Assembly (NCBI RefSeq): GCF_009914755.1
Contig: NC_060928.1
From: the human T2T-CHM13v2.0 reference genome, Homo sapiens
Direction: 5' to 3' (one strand)
DNA length: 64,000 nucleotides
Made by a program: the position numbers and the translations under genes. Numbering within the stretch: position 1 is the first letter of the stretch; each line of letters begins with the position of its first letter. Of this stretch, positions 1 to 12,873 are shown in pieces. The notes beneath the pieces were generated by a model, which was not told the origin of the DNA, ran no database searches, and was given only the letters and a program-made list of their open reading frames with translations.

Positions 1-783
1 AGCAAATGGATCCTCTCTTTCCTGGAATTAATGTTTATAAATTATTTCTACAGTAGACAGCATGTATGGTACCATGATTTCAAAATTAGTTTCAATAAAT
101 TAAGGGCCTGCATTCATTACAAGAGGAGCTTGATTACAATGCAACTCATGGAGTTTACTGTTGTGCTCTACCTTTTGTGAAAATTGCTGCATGAAATTAA
201 ACACTCTCATTAATTCTGTTGATTATCATCCCTTCATAAGATCTTACAATCATATGTTCAGTTATTGAAATTTCACTTTATGTATATAATCGAGTTTTAG
301 TTGTTCACGGAAAACAGGATTCAGGACACTTCAAAATTTCAGAGACTAGGTTAATAGTCCTCTGGCTTCAGCAAATTGAAATGGCTTATAAGAACAAAGC
401 ACAAATATAACTGAAGTGATTTGGGTTTTTTCCCCCCCAGAATATTATGTTGTTTCAATCATATACCATTTTTAGAGTAGAGAAATAATTATATACTTTA
501 TGGCTTCTGCACTATTTTCAAAAGGATTTTAGAAGATGACTCTCTTTTTCTAAATTGGAAAACATCCTTTTAGCTCAGCTTTTCATGGTTCCTTTTTATT
601 TCCTTGCCTCAATATCTTTGACCAAATTTGTCTATGTTTTCTTTGTAAACTAATTCTTTTTCTGTGTTAGGTAATGGTATGTTTTCTTAAAAAAGTGACC
701 TTGAAATTTTTATTAGGCTAGCCACTTTTAAAGCTTTAGACTAGGAATTTTAATTTCCAAGCAACACATATCAGTTCCAAGTA

Positions 784-1118
784 CAGTTGTCCCTCAATAT
801 CCATGGGCTTTGGGGCATTGATTCCAGAAGCTCCTGCAGATCCCAAAATCCACAGATGCTCAAATCTCTGATATAAAATGGTGTGGTATTTGCATATAAC
901 CTACTCACATACTACCATATACTTTAAATTGTATCTAGATTACTTATAATACCTAACAATATAAATGCTATGTAAATAGTTGTTATACTGTTTTGCTTAA
1001 GGAATGAGAAGAAAACGTCTGAACATGTTTGGTACAGATGCAAATTTTTTCCCAAATATTTTCAATCTGATTTGTTGACTCTACAGATGTGGAACCCCCA
1101 AAGACAAAGGGCTGACTG
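784..1118. mobile_element. MER2 (Tigger-family non-autonomous DNA transposon), near full length
   Basis: Begins CAGTTGTCCCTC and ends GGGCTGACTG (terminal inverted repeats). TA target duplications at 782-783 and 1119-1120. Internal sequence resembles the recalled MER2 consensus. Confidence 0.9.
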
Positions 1119-1488
1119 TACAAACAAGAAAAAAATTGAGTCACAGTTTCGAAAGACTCTAGATAGGAGAGAAAAGCCTCTAAACAATTTAAGATTCATT
1201 CAAAGACTCTTAAAAGCTCAAGGAGACCACCACCTCTTTATCCTTGTATGAGGTGGTTGAGAAACAGCAGACATACAAGGAGAGCGGATCAAGGGGAGAA
1301 CAGGAGATACCAAGATTTCTAGCTGAAAAAAAAAACCACTCTATTTGAAAGAGCTACTCCTTAGTACACACTAATAATAATACAGTGAAAGAAAAAAATA
1401 CTGAAGCACAGAGAAAGAAAAATTGGTATGAAGCATCCTCATGCTATTAACAGGTTGTATTTAGGAGAAGTAATTTTATAAAAATGCA

Positions 1489-1778
1489 GTCCAGCACTGT
1501 GGTTTATGCCTGTAATCCCAACACTTTGGGAGGCCGAGGTGGGCAGGGCACCTTAGGTCAGGAGTTCGAGACCAGCCTGGCCAACATGGCGAAACCTCGT
1601 CTCTACTAAAAATACAAAATTAGCCCGGTGTGTGGCAGTCACTGGTAATCGCAGCTACTTGGGAGGGTGAAGCAGAGAGAATTGCTTGAACCCGGGAGGC
1701 GGAGGTTGCAGTGAGCCAAGATCGTGACATTGCACTTCAGCCTGGGTGACAAGAGCAAGACTCCATCTTAAAAAAAAA
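1489..1778 (+). mobile_element. Alu (AluS, Sq/Sp-like)
   Basis: Dimeric Alu with A-rich linker and A tail. AAAATGCA on both flanks as TSD. Confidence 0.95.
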
Positions 1779-2789
1779 TGCATCCCAGTGGTATTGTATA
1801 CTCTCTGGCCATTTCATGTATTTTATAGCAATCCATAGTAGGCATGATCTATATTGCTTGTGCTGATTACACTATGAGAGTAAGCTAGAAAGTATGGCAG
1901 AGATTTAGACTACAGTTAATTGTGCAATATACAATACTTTAATTGTTTTAAGATTAATTTTAGCAGAATTTGAATTACAACTTTCTTTATCAACTCCGTC
2001 TATGAGAGATAAAACAAGACCCCTTTGAGATCACACCCACTAATAAAGAGTATAAAAAAAATTCAATGAGGTTTTAGTTATGATTAAATTTGTTTTATTT
2101 ATTTATTTTTTAATCTTTCAAGTACCCAGGCATTCTTAGTAGAATAAGAATAGAAGAGGTATTCAAAACAGCCCTGATTAAATGGAGAAGTGTTCAGAAA
2201 CTAATAGAACACAGTTATGAAGAGATAGGTAGAGTATAATTCATTTTTTAAAATGCCTTCAGTGAAATTAACAGAAGTAATTACCAACAAAGTAATGCTA
2301 TTATTAAAAAGAGAAAGAATATTACTGTCTTATGTGTGATGCATAAGACCAATGAAATAATTTTCCTACTGAATTTAGTCATTTCTCTGGGGAAATTTGG
2401 ATAAGTCAGGTGCCATTAGAATGATCAGACATTCAGCAAAACAATAAGTCCAGTTTATATTCCTTAAGTCATTAAGGTGATAGAAAAACAAATGTCAGAG
2501 GAGAAAATGGTTAAGACATAAGATATTTTAAAAAGAAAAGAAAAATATCTTAGCATGAGCTCAGAGAATGTCTACCACGTAACTGACTTCAGCCGGAAAT
2601 GTTGACTGTCTAGTTTCTGAATTCCTAAGAACATACAATTTTTTAAAAATAAAAAATGTAATATGAGAGGTTGAAGTTAAATCCAGGGAAACATACACAG
2701 AACCTGAAAGACACTAGCCTTTCTTGTAGTCTTTCTAAACACATGCACCATCATCTGTTTCAAATATTTTCATGCCATCCTTCTTACAG

Positions 2790-2873
2790 TCCTACTTATG
2801 ATTATCAGTCCTATTATTACCCCATGATACAGTTTAGAAAACAAATTCATGCACTAAGTAAATGGACCAAATC
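2790..2873 (+). other. Candidate exon (84 nt internal exon, or start of a terminal exon)
   Basis: Pyrimidine tract CCATCCTTCTTACAG ends at 2789 and GTAAGT begins at 2874. One frame is open throughout (PTYDYQSYYYPMIQFRKQIHALSKWTK). AATAAA occurs at 3256 and 3414. Gene not recognised. Confidence 0.35.
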
Positions 2874-3497
2874 GTAAGTCACTGCCTTTTGCTCCAGAGT
2901 TGGCTGCTTTGATTACTCCTACACTTAACTAGTCAACTTTAAAGAAAAAAATTTTTTTTTCTGTGAAGGAAATTAAGTGCCTATTTTCAGAGAGCTAAAA
3001 GCAATCAAGGCATCTACTGTGTTATTTTCCTATCCATGTCGACTCATGTTTAAGGTTGACTAGGAAGACATAATCATTGGCTGCTAATAACAAATAGATT
3101 TCTTTTGATAAAAAATTTAAAAGAGTTTCTAATGCTTTATTTTATAATTTTCAGTTTTCTATTGGCGTGACATAGTGAAAGTGAGTAGCATAGGGCTGGT
3201 ATTCAGGAAAAGACCAAGTTCTTAAGTAAAACAGCATGGTGTGTGACTATAAAGGAATAAAATTGTTTATGCATTAAAACTACCTGCCATTCTAATGGAT
3301 ATTTTTCTTAAAAGGAGCCTCCCCAAGAAGCTATTATTCTATTGATAGCTTTGTTCTAAGTATTTTGAAAACACCACTTTTGGAATTGACTTTGTTTGCA
3401 TTTCTAGCCATACAATAAATCAGGCAGTTTAGCTTTGCTGTACCCCATATAATAGCTCAAATTCTGCTACCTCCCCTAATATATCAAAATTAATATC

Positions 3498-3792
<295 letters not shown>

Positions 3793-3907
3793 CTAAAATT
3801 AATATTTTTAACTCAATTTTTACTGCTTCCCCATTTCATTGACAGAACCATATAATTAAACTAAAGAATTTAAAAAGAAAAAAATTATGGTTAGAAGTAC
3901 AGATGTA

Positions 3908-4082
3908 TTTTTGTTGTTGTTATTATGAGACAGGGTCTCACTCTGTCATCCAGCCTCGAGTACAGTGGCACAGTCCTAGGATCCTAATTCACTGCAGCCT
4001 TAAACTCCTGGGCTCAGGTGATCCTTCTGCCTGTACCTCCCAAAGTGTTGGGATTACAGGGGTGAGCTGCCATGCCTGGGCT
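3908..4082 (-). mobile_element. Alu monomer (FRAM/FAM-like or truncated AluJ)
   Basis: About 170 bp single-arm Alu-like sequence, GAGACAGGGTCTCACTCTGTC...GGGATTACAGG. Confidence 0.85.
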
Positions 4083-4135
4083 AGAACTACCAATTTAAAT
4101 ACAGAAAATTTTAAATACTTAAAATTTTGCATCTT

Positions 4136-4442
4136 GGCTGGGTGCAGTGGCATACACCTGTAATCCCAGTGCTTTGGGAGGCTGAAGTGGGAGGATCACT
4201 TGAACCCAGGAGTTCAAGACCAAACTGAGTAACATAGTGACATCCCCTCTCTACAAGAAATTTTAAAATCAGTCAGACATGGTGGCACATGCCTGTGGTT
4301 CCAGCTACTCAGGAGGTTGAGGTGGGAGGATCATTGAGCCCAGGACGTCAAGGCTGCAGTGAGCCATGATCATGCCACTGCACTCCAGTCTGGGTGACAG
4401 AACAAGACCTTGTCTAAAACACAAACAAACAACAACAAAAAA
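4136..4442 (+). mobile_element. Alu (AluJ)
   Basis: AluJ-type GGAGGATCACTTGAACCCAGGAG and GGCTGCAGTGAGCCATGAT. GCATCTT TSD. Confidence 0.93.
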
Positions 4443-5169
4443 TTATATATATATATAGCATCTTACTGTGCTAAATAAACGATGTGGATAGTCATGAACC
4501 AACCCACTAATCCACTCCTATTTTATCATTGATTTGATTATATGAGGATACATGATATCACCAGATAAATGTTTAGAAAGGAAAGTTATCCACATAGTCC
4601 AGCTGAAATGCCACAAAGCTAGTTAACACATTTTGGTCCTCAACTGTCAGATTAAGCCATCTCAATACTACTGCAAATTCCACAGCCAGCTTGGGACTAT
4701 TCCTCATTCCTGGCATAATTGTTTACAATTCAAAGAATGATAATGTTCCTTCTTTTAGGAAGACAAAAATTTGAAGATCAAAACTTGTTAAATTATGATC
4801 TCCAAGATAAAAATGCCTTTCATTTCTTAATATTATACATAAAGTTCTGTTATTTAAAAATTGTTAAAATATTGGTTGATAGTGTGGTATGTCAGTTTTT
4901 TAGAGCAAAACATAGCAAGTACCTACAATATGCAGTGAAGTATAAAGACACAATTCCTTTCTTTTAAACATTTATAAAGTAAAATGGCAATGTTTAGTAA
5001 AATAATATCCCTCCAAAGGTATCATTGCATTACTGTAATTATTGTTTTTAATAAGATCTATTACCTTGGAAGGATTAGTGGCAAATATGAATAAAACAAA
5101 TTTACAGGCTTATTGCATATTTTACGTATCTACTGTGTTCTCTGTTTATTACATAAAAATTGTCACCAT

Positions 5170-5370
5170 TTATAAAGAATTTACTAAGATCCAGACACTA
5201 TACTTAGAGGTTATATAATCTTTATTTCAGGCCTATAAAGGGGGCACTGTTGACCTTGTTTTAAAGATAAGTAGAGCAAAGTTCAGAGAGGTTAATAATT
5301 TGCTCTTGGTTTCGTCTCTAAGAAGTGGTAGAGTCAAAATTTAAACCCAAGTCTAACTTCAAAGTTTGCA
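5170..5370 (-). mobile_element. MIR SINE fragment
   Basis: Degenerate MIR core: ...AAAGTTCAGAGAGGTTAATAATTTGCTC...GTGGTAGAGTCAAAATTTAAACCCAAGTCT. Confidence 0.7.
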
Positions 5371-6667
5371 TTGTTATTGACTATTTCTGAAAGCTTAGAT
5401 TTCACTTATCCTAGCTGTTGAATTTTTAGTAGGAAAATTCTCAGTCTCTGGAAGTTGAAATGCATAAACTGTTGTATATGACAATATCTATCAGCAAAAG
5501 AAACACAACTTAATGTTTAAGCTGAAATTAAACTCCATGTCGTATTTCTCATTTCAAAAATGATTAAATACATTTCTTTCCCTGCTGGATTATCACCAGA
5601 ATGGCATATGATATGTCTGGAATCTACCATCCAGTCCCAAATGACCAGGGGACAAAAGCTGCTTTTATGTCATTTCTAAGCAAAAGCCGAAGGGCCAAAC
5701 ATCACTGGGGAAATTTGCTGGGGCGAGATTTTCAGTTCAATTTTATTCTCCCTTGAGGTTCAAACAAACTTCAGATAATCATCTTGAACTCGGTGATGAA
5801 CCAAACACAGACTACGGTTTCTCGGAGGGTCAGCCCTTCCATTTAGAAAAAAGCACAGCTTAAAGTGACGAGCCAAATGGGGTCAGATGTTCAATACTTG
5901 GCAAAAGCCTCAGCTGTCGTATTGAAACAATGTTGACAACATGGCAGGCTTTAAAATAAATCCCCTTGGAGGCTATTGATATCATTCTCGCTTTCCCTTC
6001 TGTCTCCTATCCAGGCTCGCTGCTTTCTGAAGGACATGCCAATCATGCACAGCACTTACTAGAAACTGCAAGACTGCACAACATGATGGTATTTATTCCA
6101 GGAACAGGAGCCAGTCCTGGGCACACACATAAAGGGACTTCCTTCACTCCCCAGAAGAAGAGAAAGCATGCTGACACACATCTGCCCAAGCAATCAGAAG
6201 GCAGCTAAAGCCGCCACAGTCTTCACTCACCAACAGTTAGACCTTTTCAATTGATTTTATTGAAGAAAGTGAGTGCTGAGCACCATGAGTTCTCATAAAC
6301 AATCCATTTTGGCAAATGCTTTAAGAATGTTGGTTAATTGCAGTTAGGCAGCATCGACGTATTTTATTTTTTGGAAAGCAAGAAGCTGGCTTACCAACAT
6401 TAAGTTAAACACCATGTAAGGGTTAGAAATATGAATCAACAAACTATTAGGGTGGTACCATCTCTTTATAATAAAACAATGTAGATTGATTAAGTATAGC
6501 CTAAAAGTTTACCACAAATCATAACTACATTTAAGCTTTGAATTTCATGACTAGTGATTAATTTTGCATGTCAACTTGACTGAGCTTATAGAATGCCCAG
6601 GTATCTGATTAAACGTTATTTCTGGAGGTGTCTGTGAGGGTGTTTCTGTAAGAGATTAGCATCTGAA

Positions 6668-6986
6668 GGCCAGGTGTGGTGGCTCATGCCTGTAATCCTA
6701 GCACTTTGGGAGGCCGAGGTGGGCAGATTGCCTGAGCTCAGGAGTCTGAGACCAGCCTGGGCAACATGGCAAAACACCGTCTGTACTAAAAAATACAAAG
6801 TTTAGCCGGATGTGGTGGCACACACCTGTAGTCCCAGCTACTAGGGAGGCTAAGGCATGAGAATTTCCTGAGCCTGCGAGGCGGAGGTTGTGGTAAGCCA
6901 AGATTGTACTCCAGCCTGGGTGATAAAGTGAGACCCTATCTCATAAAAAACAAAAAAACAAAAAAGAAAAAAGGAGAAGAAAGAGA
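6668..6986 (+). mobile_element. Alu (AluS) inserted in MLT2
   Basis: Full Alu with TSD AGATTAGCAT(C/T)TGAA. Confidence 0.95.
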
Positions 6987-7327
6987 CACAGATTAGCATT
7001 TGAATGGGTGGACTGAGTAAAGCAGATGGCCCTCGTCAGTGTTGGTGGGAATTGTCCTATCCATTGAGGGCTTAAATGAAACAAAGACTGAGGAAGGCTG
7101 AATTCAATCTCTGCTGACTGCTGGGGCTGAGACATCAATCTTCTCCGGCTCTCAGTGCTCTTCCAGACTCAGACTGGAATGTACACTATCAGCTCTCCAG
7201 TTCTCAGGCCTTCAAATTACACCTCTGGCTTTCCTGGGTCTCCAGCTTGCAGATGGCAGATCGTGGGACTTCATGGGACTTCTCAGACTCCATAACCAAG
7301 TAAGCCAATTTATTATAATAAATCTCA

Positions 7328-7400
7328 CATATATATAATTATATATGTATATATAAATCTCATATATATGTGTGAATGTGTGTGTGTGTGTGTGTGTGTA
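7328..7400. repeat. (TA)n/(TG)n microsatellite
   Basis: Directly visible dinucleotide runs. Confidence 0.9.
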
Positions 7401-7506
7401 TAAGGTTGATGCAAATGTAATTGAGGTTTTTCCATTGAAAGTATGTCCAAAACCCTTATTGCCATTGAAAGTAATGTCCAAAACAATTACTTTTGCACCA
7501 ACCTAA
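7401..7506. mobile_element. MADE1 (Hsmar1-derived MITE) with internal duplication
   Basis: Terminal inverted repeats TAAGGTTGATGCAAATGTAATTG ... CAATTACTTTTGCACCAACCTAA. Confidence 0.9.
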
Positions 7507-8067
7507 ATATTTATATATATACTTACATATATAATAGGAAATAATATATATATATCTCCTATTGACTCTGTTTCTCTGGAGAGCCCTAACACGCTAACAC
7601 AATAACCTTTCACTGTGCATGTGACATAATGAAATATAGAGAACTATCTATGCTGTGAGGAAAATTAGCTTTTTGATACATTGCTCTCTGTTATAAAATA
7701 ATTTATTTTCCTGTGCATATATTATAGGAGAATAATATAATGCCAGTAAGCATAGTTTGATATTAAGTTGAGACTTTTAAACAGCTCGCATTGTATTTGC
7801 CTTTGAGGTTTATATAACTGCCAACCCATGTATCTTTCAGTTATAAGATTCCGAGGTTGGTATATAGGTATCTCAGTAAGGTTATTGGGGTTCCTAGACC
7901 ACCATGATGCCCAAGGAAATAGCTTTTTTATAATCCAAAGTTGAAATACTACTGAAATGATCAAAGAAGACATTGAGAAATGTTTTTTAGAATAATCTCA
8001 TCCTTTAACTAATCACCTTTTCAGTGCTCTCAGAATACTAAAGCCATGGACAATTTTAAAAACTAGA

Positions 8068-8382
<315 letters not shown>

Positions 8383-9803
8383 CTAGAACTTGAATGGGCC
8401 ATAAGACGGTCCAATTCCCTCATTTACTGGATTATGGTGCTTCATTCAGAGGCCATCTCAAAAGGCAGTGAGAAAAGAGGGCAGCTGGTTGCCCATACTT
8501 GCTCCAGCCAGAGCAACTCCTACCACTGTTCTGTCTACTGGTCTTTTAAGCACAGTTTACCTAAGAAAAATAAAATTGCACTTCTAAAAGAAAAATTTGA
8601 AACCACTGATCTTGTCGTTTTATAGGTAATCAAGTTGAAATTGAGAAAGGTGAAATGATCAGGCCGCTATCGCATGCCTAGTTTATGATCAGTCAGAACT
8701 GCAGACTCTTCCCATTCCCTGGAGCTAGAACAAGCCACACCCTTTCAGGAGACTAGAGTTGTGCTCCTGCTATTCCTTCTGTCAACATCATCCAGTCTCT
8801 TCTTATTTCCTGAATGTCCTGCTCCTTTTCCCAACATAAATTCATGAAGCTTTTTTTGGAATTCTGGCCAGTTTTATCCATTTAACCACACAGTTATGGA
8901 ACGTTCTGAAGAAAAAGCATGGGGAGGAACAGGCTTAAGCACAAAGGAAAACACAGAGCTAGGGTGAAATGTTCCCTTCGTTTCGAGATTATCATTATGT
9001 TTGCATCGTCATTATTGTCTTCATCAGCATTCCTTCTATTCATACCGTACTCCATGACGGTTTATTATTATATGTGCTACCTCATTTGATTACCGCTCAA
9101 TAAGCCCTGTAATGTATCTTAACAAACTAAGTGCTATGAAAATCATAAATTTGTTTGTACTATTTTGCATTTTTAGGTATACTGCGTTCTAATTGTCCAT
9201 AAGCTCTTTAGCTGATGCAATTTTTTCTCACAAAATAGATTTAAAAATTTTTAAAGTCATCTGTTATATCTGTTACCTTTTTCATTATCCAAGTGCCTAA
9301 CAAAGAAACACATTGATAGCAAAGAATCTGCAAATCACTGGTTAGCAAAACTAGAAACAAAACCAACGCCTGTAACCACAGTGTCCAGTGGCAAAAAGTC
9401 AAGAGCAGAAAGTGGAGATCAACTGCAGATAAACTGCAGATAAACGGCGGGAGTGCTGCAGCCTTAGGTGACCTCCTGGCAGCTTTTGATGCTAATGATC
9501 ATGCCCTCCTTCCTGGAGCTTTCCACTTCCTTTGTTTTATATATCACTGCTCTCTTTTTCGCTCTTTGAAGCTTCCTTCCAAGTGTCTTTTTATGGTTTT
9601 GCTGACCCTCCACATATTTTCATATTTCTGAGTATTTCCTCATGCCATTCATTTCTCTTTCCTCTTTGCTTGAACTGCCCATCTTCCAAAATTCAGCTCA
9701 ACTACCACTTCCTTTCTAAAGGCTTTCCTGACTGCCAAGATTGGAAGTATTTATTCCTTCCTCTTTTTCTTTTTTTTAAAAAAAAATTCATTTTTTCAAA
9801 TAG

Positions 9804-10517
9804 TGAAGCCACCTTTGAAAAATTGTGACAGTGAGAGAAATCTGACATAGCTGACTCCATCTTTCTTCTAACCTCCAAGCTGTACTTGGTCATTTCTGGG
9901 CATAGGCCAAGCTAACTTTGGGAAGAATTATTTTATAGTTTAACCTTAAAGCAAGGATGATAATTGCCCTTCCCCAAAACTAAACTGCCTTTGTAAAACT
10001 AATGAAAGGCCGTAAGGCTAGCATTATGAAGGGAGCCTAAATCTGCTAAAATATAACCAGCCATTGTTCAGGAGGTCACAAAATTTATAATTTCCCCAAT
10101 TACTCCTGTAGATGACATCACTGTTATAGAACCTAAGATTGGTCTTTTGAGATGTTTTTTCAGATTTTTGCATTTCTGATGGCTGGCTGATTTCACCCAG
10201 ATCTGTGATTCTTGACTCAACCAGTCATGTGGCTCCCACCCAGAGGCAGACTCAGCACAAGAGAACCATTTTCCACACCCTTATGATTTCATCCCAAACC
10301 AATCAGTAGCACCCATTCCCTAGCCCCATGCCCACCAAACTATACTTGAAACACCCTAACCTCCAAGCCTTTGGGGAGATTGGTTTGAGTAATAACCCCA
10401 TCTTCAGCATAGCTCCTCTTGCATCAATGAAACTCTTTCTTTGGTGCAATACTGTGGTCTCAGTGAATTGATTTTGTGTGTGCAGTTGGCAGAAAAAAAT
10501 CCTATCAGGCAATTACA
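9804..10517 (+). mobile_element. LTR8-family (ERV1) solo LTR
   Basis: TGAAGCCACCTTTGAAAAATT...GCAATTACA with TG...CA ends. Imperfect 4-bp TSD ATAG/AAAG. Confidence 0.85.
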
Positions 10518-10934
10518 AAAGATATTGCATTCACATAGTCCAAAATCCAAACATATTTAGAGGCAGGTAGTGAAAAGTCTCCTTTGCACTATTGTTTCAT
10601 GCTGTTCCCTTTCACTTCTCATTGGCTAACTTTGTGTTTCCAAAAATATTTATGCATAAATTAGCAAAGACAAGTTTGCTCTGGTTTTACACAAATAGTA
10701 GGGTGCTATGCAGTGTGTTCTGAACACTGCTTTTTTCCACTAAATGATTGTGTTTTGGAGAGAGGTGTTTTCATATTAGTATAGAGAGTATAGCATTATT
10801 CCCATATAGCTGTATAGTATTTTATGTCAGGGTTGTAGTATAGTATATTTAATCACTCTCCTATTTATGAAACTCTAAATGATTTTTAACTTTTGTTATT
10901 ATGAGCAATGATGGAATTAATAGTCCTGTACATA

Positions 10935-11822
10935 TGTCAGAGGCATTTGAACCAGAGCAACTCCATTTTGAGTGAGGGCTAGGAAAATGAGTCTGGGACT
11001 TGCTGGGCTACATTTCCAGAAAATGAGGCATCCTTAGCCTCTAGAGGTTTATGGTTAAGGGAACAAATTAATAATGCTTACGAAACAGACCCAGACTTGG
11101 GAGTGTCCAGATATCCTGCTATCTGGAGAACAAAGGCATTCATAGTTTTGCTTTAAAGATAATAGTATCAATTATTGCAAAATATAGTAATTAATAAAAT
11201 TAATCCTTTATCACAAACTCTTGTAGCAGAGCACATCTCCCCAAGATCTATTTTTATCCTATGTATATATATACATATATATACAAGCATTGTAACTAGG
11301 GTGGACACGTTCCTCCTCTTACTTTCAGGAACGTCCTATTCTGTCTATGGAGTAGCTGTCCTTTCACCACTTTACTTTCATTTATTTAATTAATTTTGTT
11401 TTGTTTTGTTTGTTTGTTTGTTTTTTTGAGACAGAGTCTAGCTCTGTTGCCCAGGCTGGAGTGCAGTGGCATGATCTCGGCTCACTGTAACCTTCGCCTC
11501 CTTGTTCAAGCAATTCTCCTGCCTCAGCCTCCCGAGTAGCTGGGATTACAGGTGCACACCACCATGCCTGGCTAATTTTTGTTTTTTTAGTAGACTTGGG
11601 GTTTTCCATGCCAGGCTAGTTTCGAACTCCTGACTTCAAGTGATCTGTCACCTTGGCCTCCCAAAGTGCTAGGATTACAGGCATGAGCCACCATGTCTGG
11701 CCCACTTTACTTTCTTAATAAACTTGCTTTTGCTTTGCACTGTAGACTTGCCCTGAATTCTTTCTTGCATGAGATCCAAGAACCTGCTCTTGGGGTCTGG
11801 ATTGGGACCCCTTTCTGTAACA
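10935..11822 (+). mobile_element. MER41-family (MER41C/D-like, ERV1) solo LTR
   Basis: TGTCAGAGGCATTTGAACCAGAGCAACTCC...GGGACCCCTTTCTGTAACA. Perfect 4-bp TSD CATA at 10931-10934 and 11823-11826. Confidence 0.9.
11380..11702 (-). mobile_element. Alu (AluS) inserted in MER41
   Basis: Reverse Alu with TSD CACTTTACTTTC. Confidence 0.95.
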
Positions 11823-12325
11823 CATATATCATTTTGCAAAAACATACTAGTATACTCACAGAATAAATTGGAATTGTTCCATCAGAGAGTATAAAATTAT
11901 GGTAAATATTTTCAGTTATTCTCCATATGTGTTGTACCAATTTATACTTTCTCAAGCAATATGTGAAGTTCACATTTCTCCCACATTCTTGATAAGACTG
12001 TGTATCAAACTTACATATCTTTATCAATCTTTATAGGTGAGAGATGTTATTGCAGTGTAATTTTATGTTTTATTTCTTTCATTATGATTCAAGTTCAGCA
12101 CCTTTTCATATTTTAAGGGTTATGTGTATCTCTTTTTAATGAATTATCTGCTTATATAATTTTCACATTTTTCTAGTAGGTAATTAGTCTTACTCATTTA
12201 TGGAAACCTTTTACATATTAAGAAAATTAGATCTGTTTTGTTTTTATATGAGTTACAATTTTTTCCAGTGTATGCTTTCTTCTTTTTGACTCTGCTACTA
12301 ATAACCCTCCTTACTTTCTAGTTGT

Positions 12326-12852
12326 TGTAGGGGAGAAAAAATAATTTTCCCTACAATTCATATTTCTCATGTGGGACTCTCTCTAACAAAAGATACATTA
12401 ATAGCAGGAAAATAAACACGTTTATTAACATGTATATTTTTATATGAGACAGCTAGGAAATGAGTAATTCTCTAGAGTAGATCTCAAAGAAAAGCATTTA
12501 AACTTCAGGCTTACATACCATTGTTCTCTGAAACAAAGAAAGAAGGATGTGGGGAAAGGCCTGGTTATGATATGACCAGGAAAAGCACCTTAAACAAAGA
12601 TAAGGTTTGTTATGCAGATTTAAGTCAATATCTTCTCCAATTACTCATCTCTCTCTTCAGGGTGCAGAGAGGGAGACACCCTTACAAATAGAGATTTTCA
12701 TTATAGATGTCAATTTCTCTTACAAAGGATCAACTTTTCAGAGCTGCTTTTATGTCTGCAGTTTCTCAAAATAATATGCCACAGAGGCATATTTTAGGGT
12801 TGTATATACTGGTCTCCTACAATCATATTTTGGGATGATGTGAGCCCCATCA
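12326..12852 (-). mobile_element. MER34-family (ERV1) solo LTR
   Basis: Reverse complement contains TGTAGGAGACCAGTATATACAACCCTAAAATATGCC and is homologous to the element at 13860. Confidence 0.8.
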
Positions 12853-12873
12853 CTGCCTGTGAACTATTCATTT

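Larger units (their letters stand above)
6553..7601 (+). mobile_element. MLT2-family (ERVL) solo LTR interrupted by an Alu, a microsatellite and a MADE1
   Basis: Typical MLT2 start (GTGATTAATTTTGCATGTCAACTTGACTG) and end (TCCTATTGACTCTGTTTCTCTGGAGAGCCCTAAC...ACA). Confidence 0.88.
10520..12295 (-). mobile_element. Old L1 (L1M) fragment split by the MER41 insertion
   Basis: Degenerate L1 3'-region motifs on both sides of MER41, e.g. TTGTACCAATTTATACTTTCTCAAGCAATATGTGAAGTT and TTCAGCACCTTTTCATAT. Confidence 0.6.

Noticed and set aside
2671-2877. 68-aa ORF as a standalone gene
   Set aside because: It starts at TTG, and its 5' half looks intronic (pyrimidine tract). Only the portion after the acceptor is kept as an exon candidate.
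5793-5890. GTGATGA as a snoRNA C box
   Set aside because: No CTGA D box or terminal stem at a suitable distance.
11010-11024. Possible STAT1 GAS site in MER41
   Set aside because: The sequence is TTTCCAGAA, not TTCNNNGAA. The element also resembles MER41C/D rather than the interferon-responsive MER41B.
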